Part shown: piece by piece, positions 10,097 to 23,300 of the stretch
Position numbering within the stretch: the stretch's first letter is position 1
Layout: each line of letters begins with the position of its first letter
NCBI RefSeq assembly: GCF_004010195.1
Contig: NC_057753.1
Location: forward strand, 5,375,435 to 5,439,434
Origin: Chiloscyllium plagiosum
Taxonomy: Eukaryota
Direction of reading: 5' to 3'
Length of the DNA stretch: 64,000 nucleotides
Translations under genes and position numbers: made by a program
The notes under the pieces: generated by a model
Told to the model about the DNA's origin: nothing
The model's database searches: none
The model's input: only the letters and a program-made list of their open reading frames with translations

Positions 10097-11775
10097 TAGA
10101 GTCATCCAGTACAGAAACAGAACCCTCGTCCACGCCAACCAGACATCCAAATCTGACCTAGTCGCATTTGCCAGCATTTGGCCCATATCCCTCCAAACCC
10201 TTCCCGTTCATACCCACCTAGATGCCTTTTAAGTGATGTAATTGAACTGCCCTACTCCCTCTGGCAATTTGTTCTGTACATGCACCACTCTCTATGTGAA
10301 GAAGTTACCCCTTATGACCCCTTTAAATCATTCCCCTCTTACCTTAAACCTATGCCTTTCAGGGAGAAAAAATCTTAACTCTTCACCCTATCCATGTCCC
10401 TCATGATTTTATAAACCTTTATAAGGCCATCCCTCAGTCTCCACTGGAGGAAAAAGCCTCAGCATATTCAGCCTCACCTTATAACTGAAACCCTCCAGTC
10501 CTGGCAACATGCTTGTAAATTTATTCTGCACTCTCTCAAGCTTAACAACATTCTTTGTACAGAAGGGCAATCAGAATTGTAAGCAGCATTCAAAAACGTC
10601 GTGCAGTTGCAACATGACATCCCAACCTCTACACGCAATTAGATGTGATTCCATGATAAGCGTGTGGTGAGGTCTGCTTGTTCAGGAAAAGGGGAACAGG
10701 CTTTGTACTTCTTTTTCTGTGGAATTACAAAAAAAGGGCAGCAGTTTCATGAGGAATGCATCCACTGCCTTTTAGAGGAACAAAATTCCAAAAACTTGCA
10801 ATTCTCTGAGAGACAAAAATGTTTCCTCATCTTTGTTTCAAATGGGTGACATCTTATTTTTAAATGATAACCCTTTTTCCATTCGACCTTCACCTGGTTA
10901 AGTCTCCTGTGGATCTAATATGCATCAATTAAGTCACCTCTGACTTTTTTAAACTCCACAGAATACAGGCCTAAACTGTCTAGCCTTTCCAAATAAGGCA
11001 ATCTACTCATTCCAGGCTTTGTCTAGTAACTTCCACCGAACTACTTTCGATGCATTAACTTTGGCAACTAGTACTGTAGACAATACTCCAGATGCAGTCT
11101 CACCAGTGCCTTGTATACTGAAACATAACCTCCCTACTCTTGCATTCAATTCTCAACAAACAACAACATTCTATTAGCTTTCCTGATCACTTGTTGTACC
11201 TTCATTCTAATCTTCTGTGATTAATGCATTGGGAAAACCAGACCTCTCCACATCTCAGACCTCTGCAACCTCTCACCAATTTAGATAATATGCTTCTTTA
11301 TTATTCTTTCTGCCAACATGAACAATTTCACATGTTCCCATATTGTACTCCATTTGAAAAATACTTAGCCCATTCAGGTAACCTGTCTAGATTTCTTTGT
11401 AAGCTCCTTATGTCCTCTTCCAGAATTGTAGAGCTGTACAGCATGGAAACAGACTTTTTGGTCCAACTCATCCATGCCGACCAGATATCCTAAATTAACC
11501 TAGTCCCATTTGCCAACATTTGGCCCATATCCCTCTAAATCCTTCCTATTCACATACCCATCAAAATTATTTTTAAATGTTGTAATTATATCAGCCTCCA
11601 CCACTTCTTTTGGCAGCTCATTCCATATGTGCACCACCCTCTATGTGAAAAAGTTGCCTCTTAGGTCCCTTTTAAATCTTTCTCTTCTCACCTTAAACCT
11701 ATGCCCTCCCGTTCTGGACTCCTTCACGCCAGAGCAAAGACCTTGGCTATTCACCCTAGCCATGCCCCTCATGAC
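10097..11775 (-). mobile_element. Cluster of CR1 LINE 3' fragments
   Basis: Repeated CR1 3' ends (cagtacagaaacag.., ccatgccgaccaga) and RT C-terminal remnants. Confidence 0.7.
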
Positions 11776-11994
11776 TCTTCAAAACTTCCTTTTTTATCTC
11801 TCTTTGTGTCTTAGCAAGGCACTCAGACATGCTCAGCTGCTTGAAAACAAATCAGCACTGATTATTGTGGACAGTAGATTGAGAACCCAGTTTTCGCCAA
11901 GGTCACCTACTTCACAGAGAAAACTAGCATTAGGACGATACCAGTCTGTGGAATTCTATCAGAGGGAGTTCCATTAAAACAAAAAGGTATAGAC

Positions 11995-12620
11995 TCAATC
12001 TAGTCTACTGCATTCACTGCTCACAATGTGCTGTCCTCTACTTTAGGGAAATGAGGCATGGACTGGGTGAACACTTCACAGAACACCTAGGCTCTGTCCA
12101 CAAAAGAGACTGAACTTCCACTTGCCTGCCTTTTCAACACACTACCTTGTTCCCTGGTCAACATCTCTATCTCAGGCTTGCTGCAGTGCTCCAGTGAAGC
12201 TCAGCGCAAGCTGGAGGAACAGCACCTCATTTTCCACTTGGGGACCCCACAGCCTTCTGGACTGGATATCAAATTCAACAATTTTAGGGCTTGAGGCAAC
12301 TTCTTCCATGTTCTTACCCCTTTGGGCCTTGTTATCACATGGTCTGCTATTATACAGTACCCATTAATGGCCATTCATTCTCGAACGCTGACCATTATCC
12401 ACGCTTTTGTCTGTCTAACCATTCTTCTCTCCCTTTGGGCTTTATCTCCACTTCCAAACCCTCCTCCCATCATATCCTCTGCAAAAAAAAACCCAACTTT
12501 TTCTGCGATACCATCAGTTCTGAAGAAGGGTCATTGGACCCGAACTGTTAACTCTGCTTTCTCTCCACAGAATCTGCCAGATCTGCAAAGATTTTCCAGC
12601 AATTTCTGTTTTTGTTACAG
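11995..12620 (+). mobile_element. Degraded PLE GIY-YIG region with family-C terminus
   Basis: gtctactgcattcactgctcacaatgtg..ctctac resembles 2495-2540; terminal gttctgaagaagggtcattggacccgaac 12517-12544. Confidence 0.65.
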
Positions 12621-12989
12621 ACTCTTGAGTTTGGAAAATACTCACTAGGTGGATGCGGGTGAACAGGGAGAATATTTAAAGTCCTTGTGTGAACTTCTAT
12701 TTGAACCAAGTGGATTTGTGACCAACCAATAATTTAGAATAGCGTGAGTTGAACTGGAATTGGAAGGGGTGAATCTACATTGATGTATTTTCATGTGTGA
12801 CTTGAAATGATTTAGCAGTTCTTCATGGTGCCTGCTCAGGGGTTTGCGTTGCTGTTTCTGAGCATTTTAGAAGCTTTCGTGTGTTTTCATTGGTTTGTAA
12901 CCAAGAAATTACAAAAACCGACTCCTGGTCTAGAAATAGTTGGGATAGCCAGAAGTCAGTTGTGAGAAGTCAATAAGAATGTTCTAGAG

Positions 12990-13720
12990 TCCACTTGGAA
13001 TACTGTGAGCGGATTTGGGCACTCCACCTTAGAATATATTGGCCTTGGAAGGAGTACAGCGTAGGTTTACAAGAATGACGTCTGGATTGCAGAAATTACA
13101 TTATGAGGAGAGATTACATAAATTAGGCCTGTTTTCTCTAGAATTCAGAAGGTTCAGGGGTGATCTGATTGAAGTCTTCATGATGGTAACAGGAAAAGAC
13201 AGAGTACATATAGATAAACTGTTTCCTCTGGTTGGCGAATCTGGAAACCTTTAATTCACTACCCCAGAAGGCTGTGGAGGCCAGGTCATTGAGTATATTT
13301 AAAACGGAGAGAGGTGAGTTCTTCATTGTAAAGGTGATCAAGGGTTCCAGGGAGAAAGTAGGAGAATGGGGTTGAGAAACTTATCAGCCATGATCGAATG
13401 GCAGAGCAGACTTGATGGGCTGAATGGCCTAATTTCTGCTCCTATGTCTTATGGTCTTATGGGAACATAGTCTGAGAACTAGGGCCAGACTGTTGTGGAG
13501 TGACATTAGGGAGTATATCTGGACACAAAAGGTGGTAGATGTTCAGAACTCTCTTCCACAAATGGCAGTGGTTGTAGGAACGGTTGTTAATTTAAAATGT
13601 GAATTTTTTTTTAAGCAAAGGTATTCAGAAATAAGGCCAAAGGAAGGTATATGGAGTGGATCTCATTGAATAGCAGAACAGGCTTGAGAGACTGAATAGC
13701 CTACTCCTGTTCTTATGTTC
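12990..13720 (+). mobile_element. CR1 LINE 3' fragments
   Basis: 'ALEGVQRRFTRMTSGLQKLHYEERLHKLGLFSLEFRRFRGDLIEVF'. Confidence 0.85.
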
Positions 13721-13821
13721 TTCTCAAGATGAGGTTTTGGTAAGAAATGACACATCTCTTGGTTAAAAAATCTTTAGAAATTTAATGAGTGTGAAGAAAT
13801 AGCTTCCATCCTCACATGCAG

Positions 13822-14130
13822 ATTGGATTCCCTACAGTGTGGAAACAGGCCCTTCGGCCCAGCAAGTCCACCCCAACCCTCCGAAGAGTAACCCACCCAG
13901 ACCCATTTCCCTCTGACTAATGCACCTAACACCACAGGCAATTTAGCATGGCCAATTCACCCTGACCTGCATATCATTTGATGGTGAGAAGAAACCAGAG
14001 CACCCGGAGGAAACCCGCACAGACACAGGGAGAATGTGCAAACTCCACACAGACAGTCGCCCAAGGCTGGAATTGAACCTGGGACCCTGGTGCTGTGAGG
14101 TAGCAGTGCTAACCACTGAGCCACCGTGCC
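13822..14130 (-). mobile_element. HE1-like SINE
   Basis: Full head, V-domain and tail. Confidence 0.85.
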
Positions 14131-14642
14131 GGCAGCCTTATGGCTGACACATGCAGGGCAGGCCTGTTCTCTCGGCCTAAACTCCGGATCATACCAGCTA
14201 ACCTTTTAAAGGAGACTTGTCACCACTAGTTACAGACAAGCACTCACCTGTTTGCCCTCTGGGACCAATAGGCCATTGTGTTCATATAGTAGCTACAAGG
14301 AGACTTTTAGTCGGAGGGAAGGGCATAGCTCAAGGCCCTCCAGGTAGATAGATATGCCCAATTCAGAAGAAATGTCTTTACCAGAGAGTGGTGAGAAAGT
14401 TGAACTCATTATCATGGGGAGTGATTAGACGAGAAAATATTGATATATTTAGAGAGTCCCAGACAAAAAAGCTGGTGAAGGGAGTTTCGAAGAATAGTCG
14501 TCATTGACTCAAAACATTATCTCTGTTTCTCCACAAATGCTACCAGACCTTCTGAGTTTCTCCAGCATCCTGTGTTTGTTTCAGATTTCCAGTATCGGTG
14601 GTAACCTGCCATTATTTGGGTGCAGGGAATAGAGGGTTATTT

Positions 14643-14888
14643 GATTAGATTAGATTAGATTACCTACAGTGGGGAAGCAGGCCCTTCGGCCCAACAAGTC
14701 CACACCGACCCGCCGAAGCGTAACCCACCCAGACCCATTCTCCTACATTTACCCCATCACCTAACACTACGGGCAATTTAGCATGGCCTATTCACCTAAC
14801 CTGCACATTTTTGGATAGTGGGAGGAAACCGGAGCACCCGGAGGAAACCCACGCAGACACGGGGAGAACGTGCAAACTCCACACAGTC
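14643..14888 (-). mobile_element. HE1-like SINE, 5'-truncated
   Basis: V-domain and (AATCT)n tail. Confidence 0.85.
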
Positions 14889-15212
14889 TGATGATAGAGT
14901 TGGATTTGGGAAAAAAATGAGAGGAGCTTGGTTTGGAATATTAACACCAACAGAGGTCTATAATGATTGTGTCAAAAGCCCTGTTTCTGTGTCATGTATC
15001 CTGTCTAAATACACTCCTTCAGGATTTAGCTCTAGCCTTGACATTCTGTCACCTATTTCTAAACTCTTTTAACTAGAGGAAATAATGTATATGTATCCTG
15101 TGTTTCCATAATTGTATTGAATGCTGCTGTTATTGCCACTGTTAGTAACATCCAAAACTGAACCTCGTTCATTCCGACTATTGAGGTTTATTCCTACTGA
15201 TGCGAATAATGT

Positions 15213-15445
15213 CCGTAGCAAATGGAAATAGCTGGAGAAATTCAGCAGGTCTGATAACATCTGTGATGAGAAAGCAGAGTCACCATTTCAGGTCCAGTGG
15301 ACTTTCTTCAGAATGTTCTGAAGGAGGGTCACTGGACCTGAAATGTTGACTCTGCTCTCTCTCCACAGATACTGTCAGACCTGTTGAGTTTCTCCAGCTA
15401 CTTCTGTTTTTGTTTCAGATTTCCAGCAGTTCTCTGTTTTTTCTT
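15213..15445. mobile_element. Family C PLE-derived fold-back (MITE-like) element
   Basis: ~100-bp inverted arms meeting at ttcttcagaa/ttctgaagga; degenerate hammerhead motifs in both arms. Confidence 0.7.
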
Positions 15446-18169
15446 TAATAATCCCTGTGACTGGGTTGTAGTTTCACATCCTGTGTCTCTTAACTAAGTC
15501 CACTTTGTTTCAAACACAGTCTGTCAAGTCCTTGGGTTTCCCAAGTTAAGAGGAAGTTAACTAATGTCCCAGTTGCCAACTGCCCCATTTTAAGATCTTT
15601 TCTCCTTGTTAATTCTAGATTATTTTTGTTACTCTCATGAACAACTTCTGACATCCCATACCTCCCAAATAGCCTCTCTTTCCGTCTTGGAATCCAGAGC
15701 AGTTTTTGGTATTAAGCAGAAGCTGGAAATAATAACCTGTACTGTTTCAAGTTTTGTCTTGGATTATTTGCTTAAATTTTTCCTAGCACTGATGTGATGC
15801 TGACGCTGCCAGAGTAAGTGGTGGAGGCTGATACAATTACGACATTTAAAAGGCATCTGGATGGAAATGAGAATAGGACGGATTTAGAGGGATATGGGCC
15901 AAATACACGCAAATGGGATGAGGTCAGATTGGGATGTCTGGTCAGTGCAATGAGTTGGGTCTGTTTCTATGCTGTATGACTCTGATTCTAATTGCTGCAA
16001 GTTTTAACAGGGCTGTCACGCTTAAAATCTTCAGATGTTTTGGCTCCTATATAAAGAGGGTGAGAAGATTGTGTCTACAGCCCCTGCCAGTTCCACGTGA
16101 AGAATGCTGTTCTTGAACAGCAGTCCTTCAATGTTTAACTGGAGGGCCAGCCTCAAGAATGGCGTCATGTTTCTTCCTGTTTCCTGTCTGTATGGAGGGT
16201 GGGGCAATTATTGAGAAATAATGGGGTATTATGATGTCATAGAGTCATAGAGATGTACAGCACGGAAACAGACCCTTCGGTCCAACCCGTCCATGCCGAC
16301 CAGATATCCCAACCCAATCTAGTTCCACTTGGCAGCACTCCCCCAGTCCTGTTGCAATTATTGAGAAATAATGAGGTATTATGATGTCCCCCAGTCCTGC
16401 TGCAATTATGTCACAAAGACTGTTCAATAACAGCAGAGTTTTCATGTTGGAAACCAGTCTGTTCAAGACAGCAACAAACGCATCGGTTATAGATCTGTCA
16501 AAGAAATTAATGAAAACACAATGATACAGCAACTGAATAAATGACAAGCGATGTAAGTTATGAAGTTAACAATGTCTACAACATCAGTCGGTATAGGGCA
16601 CTCAAAGTCCTATGACATTGGAATAGCAATGAAATAATTTAGGGAAGTAATGGACTGCAGCCAAAACAGCCTTGTACTATTTCTTCTTGTCACCTTCCTT
16701 AGAATTCACTATATCAACTGGACCATTGACAAGGGGGAATAGCACATTGTTTAATTCCAAGAAAAGGTTGTGATTATCCAGAGGTTTGATCCTGTTTGAA
16801 ATTATCTTCCAAGTTTTAAATTTAACCTGGGCAAAATGGACCATTTGATGTTATGATCATGCTATTGCTTTAGATGTTGTTTGGTATAGATTTAAGGATA
16901 AAGGGCAGATTTGGATGCTCAAAATTATTCTACTCACTGGAGATTAATATTTATTGAAGTTCTTGAACTTATAAGCATCAACACTGTATCTTCAGTATTA
17001 GTTAGCTTTGTTGATGTTGACCACCTTTATAGGACAGAAAATGTCCACCTGGGTTTCTATAGGTATTGTATGTGTGAGGAAGGGGGGGCATATGTCATAG
17101 AGTCAGAGAGAGTACAGCATGGAAACAGACCCTTCGGTCCAACCCGTCCATGCCGAACAGATATCCCAACCCAATCTAGTCCCACCTGCCAGCGCCCGGC
17201 CCATATCCCTCCAAACCCTTCCTATTCATATACCCATCCAAATGCCTCTTAAATGTTGCAATTGTACCAGCCTCCATCACATTCTCTGGCAGCTCATTCA
17301 TATGTGTGAGGAAAGAATGTATGTATGGGTGTGGGAGAAAGAGAGGGGATATTTTTGGTTGTCCTTCTGTGCAAGAGCTACTTTTGTAAGAAATAGGAAC
17401 TCACAAAATTTTGTAGCTCAAGTCACCTTCACCAGCAGCTTAAAAACCCACATCTTCCACCACCAAGAAGGACAAGGGCTACAGGTACCTGGGAACACTA
17501 CCTCCTGTAAGTTCTCTCCAAGTCAAGTGCAATTCTATCTTGAAAACTCATTGCCATTCCTTCGGTGTTGTTGAGTCAAATCCTTGAACACTCTGCGTAA
17601 CAAGCTCTGTTGGTGTCCCAGCACCCCATGGACTGCAGCCGTTCAAGAGGCTGTCTTCACTGCGGCAATTAGGGATGGGCAGTAAATGTTTGGCCCAGCC
17701 TGAGACACCCACATACTGTGAAATATTTTAAAAGTCGGCCACTTGACCATTGACCATGCTGTAACCTTCAATAAGATCGTGACTGATTTGATTACTTAGC
17801 ATTCCTGCCTTTTGTCAATAACACACCATCAGTGTTCATCTAGAATATATATGTCCCTCTTTTTTTCTCACATTGAGTGGTCAGTCTTCAGAACTGTCTT
17901 CTTAAAAAGGTGGGGAAAGCAGATCTTTGAATATGTTTCAGGCACTGGTGGATAGATTTTTGGTAAGCTTGTATGCGAAAGGTAATCGGGGTAGGTGGGA
18001 TTGTGGATTTGAAGTTACACTCAAATCAGCAGTGATTTATTGAGTAGCTGGGCAGACTGAAGGGAGTATGCACAGTCCTGTTCATATGTTTCTTATTCAC
18101 ACCACACATTGCCTCAGATTGGCTTTGAGATAAGTTGCTCCTTTCCAGCCTGTCTTATACTGAATGATG

Positions 18170-18555
18170 AGTTGGAGGAGTCGACGTTGGACTGGGGTGG
18201 ACCAAGTTAAAAATCACAACACCAGGTTATAGTCCAACAGGTTTAGTTGGAAGCACTAGCTTTCGAGGCACTGCTTCTTCATCAGATGATTGTGAAGCAG
18301 GATCGTGAGACACAGAATTTATAGCAAAGGATTACGGTCATACAATGATATATTGTACAAACCAGATTGTTAAGTCTTTCATCTTTCAGAACCGAAACCA
18401 GCACAAGACTTAACAATCTAGGTTTGCTCAACGTATCACTGAAATGTTTTGCTATAAATTCTGTGTCTTATGGTCCTGCTTCAGAACCACCTGATGAAGG
18501 AGCAGCTCTCCGAAAGCTAGTGCTTCCAAATAAACCTGTTGGACTATTACCTGTT
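18170..18555. mobile_element. Family A PLE-derived fold-back element
   Basis: Inverted arms; minus hammerhead ~18255-18289, plus 18488-18522. Confidence 0.7.
18488..18522 (+). ncRNA. Minimal hammerhead ribozyme motif (family A)
   Basis: cac-CTGATGA-a-GGAG..CTCC-GAAA-GCTA-gtg. Confidence 0.65.
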
Positions 18556-18794
18556 ATATTGAATGATGACAGGATTCACTTCCTCTCCCCCCCCCCCCCA
18601 ACACAAAGCAAACGAAAACTACGTAAGCTGAAGATCTGAATCAAAAACAAGTTGCTGGAGAAACTCGGAGTTAATGTTTCGACTCCAGCGAGCAGGGAGC
18701 TGGTTTTCTCTCCGCAGATGCTGCCAGGTTTGCTTTGGCTTCGCAGCAGTTTTTGTACTTTTGCCAACTGGTCTGCAACCCTGATCCGCACTCA

Positions 18795-19560
18795 GCACGC
18801 CCCCTCGCCCCATTCATTCCTAATGTTGGGAGGACCATCCGAACCCCGTTGGTCCTCCAGCCCCGCCCCTCATTCTCACCGATTGTTTGATAACTAGCCT
18901 CCCCCCCCCTCCCACCTCGTTTGGACCTCCAGCACCGCCCCCCAACGATTCATTCCTATTGTTTGGAGGACCAGTCTGTCCCGGTTGGTCACCCAGCCCC
19001 GCCCCACACAATTGTTCGGCGAACCCAGCCACAGCCAATTGCTCCTCTAGCCTATCTCCCCATTCTCTTATTGGTCCAGGGCCACCGTCAATCTCGCAAC
19101 TGCGATCCGGTGCATGCGCAAAGCTGCCGCTGGGACCAGGTCGGTACTACGCGTGCCCGGGATGACTCGCGGGGCGCTTTGTGCTCCTCCTCTGCGACCG
19201 GGTTAGTCGCGGTCAAGTGGAGGGCGTCGTTTCCGCGCTGCGGGCGGTGGGGAAGGCCTCCTCGACACCCGTTGTCGGTCTCGAACCTCAATTTAAAAGC
19301 TGCGGCGTTTCGGCCAGCGGGTGATGGTTGAGATGTTTCTCTCGGCAGCCGCGCTTTAGTCCGGCCCGCCATCTTTAACGGCAGTAGCACGCGGCGGCCA
19401 CCTGAGGCCCCACCCCCCCCCAGACCCCTGCCGAATGTTGGGGAGATCAGGTCCGTCATCAGTCTTCCAGCCGCAGCCGGCTCGTTCCGATTGGACGAGA
19501 CCTCATGTCAATCACTACAAAGTCATTGTGAGCTGAGCGTGCGCACTCCCACTCCACGTG
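18795..19560 (+). promoter_or_regulatory. CpG-island promoter and first exon (probably ZNF gene 2)
   Basis: High CpG; diverged 60-70 bp units with GGAGGACCA..TGGTCCTCC; ATTGG-n10-xxGTCAATC at 19070 and 19490; NRF1-like GCATGCGCA ~19112. Confidence 0.7.
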
Positions 19561-20067
19561 GGCAATGCAGTCTGGTGCCTTGGATATTGTCCTGGCTTCT
19601 TTGCACGGGTGGTCCCTGGCCAATCTATCGTTGGTCAGACGGCAGTGTTGAGGTTGTACTTGGCAAGGGAGACACCAACTAGAAGAAAGTGAGGACTGCA
19701 GGTGCTGGAGATCAGAGTCGAAAAGTGTGGCGCTGGAAAAGCACAGCGGGTCAGGCAGCATCCCCAGGAGCAGGAGACTTGAAGTTTCGGGCAAAAGCAA
19801 CTCATCAGGATCCGTCGGGTGCATCAAGTTGAGTCAGGAGAGTTTCTGTTCCTGGACTGACAGTAATAACTCATGTTTGTAAGATATAGGAGCAAGACCA
19901 GGGCGATCAGCCCGTTGAGTCTGCTGTGCCTTTCGATCCTGGGTGATGTTTTCCTTGCTCTCCATTTTCCTGCCCTTCCCCCATAATCCTTCAATGCCTT
20001 AACAATTAAAAATCTGTCTAACTCCCTCTTACGTTGATACAATGTCCCAGCTTCCCACCGCACCTTC

Positions 20068-20365
20068 ATAGAATTCCTACAGTGTGGAAACAGGCCATTT
20101 GGCACAAAAACCCCTCATCGACCGTCCGAAGAGTAGCCCACGCAGACCCATTTCCCTACCTTATCACTACATTTCCCTTGACTAATGCATCCAGTGTAAA
20201 CGCCCATAAGCACCATGGGCAATTTAGCATGGCCAATTCAACAAACCTGCACATTTTTGGACTGTGGGAGGAAACCCACGCAGATGGGAAAGAATGTGCA
20301 AACTCCACCAAGACAGTTGCCTGAGGCTGGAATCAAAATGGGTCCCTGGCCCCTTTGGGGTAGCA
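20068..20365 (-). mobile_element. HE1-like SINE
   Basis: V-domain and tail. Confidence 0.75.
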
Positions 20366-23300
20366 AATTCCACAGATTCACAACCCTTCGGGAGAATTGG
20401 TTTCCTCACCTCTCTTTAAATTTGCTATCCCTTATCCTAACATAATGACCTCTCATCCTAGAATGCTACACAAAATGAAGCATCTGCTTTATTTTATGCC
20501 TTTTGTCATTTTGAATATCTCAATTGATCTCCCTCATTTTTCTAAATTCCAGGGAGTATAGGTCGAAACTGTTCAATTTCTTTTCAATATGACAAACCCC
20601 TCCTGTCTGAGATTAATCTTGTCACAGAGTCATAGAGATGTACAGCATGGAAACATACCTTGCAGTCCAACCCGTCCATGCCGACCAGATATCCCAACCC
20701 AATCTAGTCCCACCAGCCCATATCCCTGCAAACCCTTGCTATTCATACACCCATCCAAATGCCTTTTAAATGTTGCAATTGTACTAGCCTCCACCACTTC
20801 CTCTGGCAGCTCATTCCATACATGTACCACCCTCTGCGTGATAAAGTTGCCCTTTAGGTCTCTCTTATCTTTCCCCTCTCACTCTAAATCAATGCCCCCC
20901 CCCGCCCACTCCAGGGAATAGACTTTGTCTATTTATCCTATCCATGCCCCTCATAAATTTGTAAACCTCTATAAAGTCACCCCTCGGTCTCCGACGCTCC
21001 AGGGAATACAGCCCCAGCCTGTTCAGCCTCTCCCTATAGCTCAAATCCTCCAACACTGGCAACATCCTTGTAAACCTTTTCTGAACCCTTTCAAGTTTCG
21101 CAACATCTTTCTGATAGGAAGGAGACCAGAATTACATGCAATATTCCAACAGTGGCCTAACCAATATCCTGTACAGCCGCAACATGACTTCCCAACTCCT
21201 TGTGAACCTGCCCTGATCTGGCTCCAATGCCCCCTACATCTTTCCTCAAATAAGGGGTCCAAAACTGCACACAATACTCAGGTGTAGTCTCACTAAAACC
21301 TTGTATAGTTGCAACAATACTTCCTTACATTTATATTCTATTCCTTTAGCTGTAAAAGCCTATATGTCATTGGCTTTCTTTCTTATCTGTATCTGCATGC
21401 TAGTTTTCTGTGACTCATGAACGAGGACAGCCAAATCCCTCTGCACCAGAGCACCTCAGAGTCTCTCCCCATTTAGATAATAGATTGCCTTCCCATTTTT
21501 TTGACTAAAATACATGACTTCACACTTGTCAATTTTAAGCTCCACATTTTGGCCTACTCTCCTAACCTATCTATACCTATTTCTAAGATTCTTAATACAT
21601 CTTTGGAATTTATTGTCCCACCTATTTTTCTGTCATCTGCAAATTTGGCTCTAGAGTCTTCTATCCCCGTATCCAATTCATTAATGTAGATTGTAAATAG
21701 CTGGGGTCCAAGGACCAAACCTTGTGGCAAGCCACTAGTGACATTTTGCTATCCAGAAAAAAAAAACATTTATCCTGATACTCTTTCTTCTGTCCATCAG
21801 CCAGTCATCAATCCAAGCTCAAAAATTAGCCTGAATCCCATTTTGATCCAACCTTGTGAATAAATCTTTTCTGTGGCACATTATCAAATGCGGTGGCACG
21901 GTGGCACAGCAGTTAGCACTGCTGCCTCACAGCGCCAGAGACCCAGGTTCAATTCCCGTATCAGGCGACTGACTGTGTGGAGTTTGCACATTCTCCCCGT
22001 GTCTGCGTGGGTTTTCTCCGGGTGCTCCGGTTTCCTCCCACAGTCCAAAAATGTGCAGGTTAGGTGAATTGATCATGCTAAATTGCCTGTAGTGTTAGGT
22101 GAAGGGGTAAATGTAGGGGAATGGGTCTGGGTGGGTTGCGCTTTGGCGGGTCAGTGTGGACTTGTTGGGCTGAAGGGCCTGTTCCCACACTGTAATTAAG
22201 TAAGTAATCTGATCAAAAATGCCTTCCAGAAATTCAGATATATTATTTTCACTTTGCTTGTTACATCTTTGAAGAAATCTAGCAAATTAATCAAACATGA
22301 TTTGCCCTTCATAAACCGTGCTGATTCTAATGGAAAGTATTTTGACTTTCCAAATGTCCTGATATTACTTCCTTGATAACTGATTCTAACACTTTCCCAA
22401 CAACAGATGTTAAATTAACTGGTCCGCAACTTCCCACATTTTGCCTGCTTCCCTTTTTGAATAAGAGTGTTACATTAGCATTTTTCCAATCCACTGGAAC
22501 CTTTCCCATGTCGAGGAAATTTCGGAATACTGTAACCAATGGATCCACGATCTCCACCGTGCCTTCCTTTAATACCTTGGGATATAGGCCATCAGACTCG
22601 GGATTTGTCTGCCCTCAATCCTAACAGTTTGCTGAGTATCTTTTCCCTATCGTCGTTGATTGTTCCCTTTCTGTTGCCTCTGACTTGCCCCTTCCAACAG
22701 AAATGGCACTATTGTCCTCCACCATAAAAACTGAGGCAAGGTATTGATTTAACATCTCTGCCATTGCAGTATTCCCCAGATTAATTCTCTGGTTTCATCT
22801 TACAAGGGACCAACATTCAGCTTGGGGACTCTCTTGCCTTTTGTATACCTATAGAGGCTTTTGCTATCCTTTTTTGGTGTTTTGTGCTAGTTTTCTTTTG
22901 TAATTTACCTTAACCTATTTTTATTAATTTTTTACTATCCCTTTGTTTATGTTTGAAAGTTTCCCAATCTTCTAGCCTGTTACTGGCCTTTGCAATGTGG
23001 TATACTTAGTTTTTGACTTTATATTGTCCTTATTGTCCTTGACCACCTTGTTTGGCCATGAATTCTTTTAATACCCCCCCCCCCAGCCCCCTTGCCATCT
23101 TTCTTCCTCATTGGGATGTACCTTAATTGTGAGGAATTGAGTAGCTCCTTAAAAATCTGCCACTGAGCATGCACAGTCTTACCTTTTAGCCTTCCTGCCG
23201 AATCTTTGGGCCAAATCTGTCCTTATGCCTATGTAATTGCCTTTGTTTAATTCCAGAACTTTACTGAGGGACTCCACTTCCTCACCTCCCAAACTGAATT

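Noticed and set aside
21892..21965. tRNA gene
   Set aside because: It is the head of an HE1-like SINE and continues into the V-domain and LINE tail
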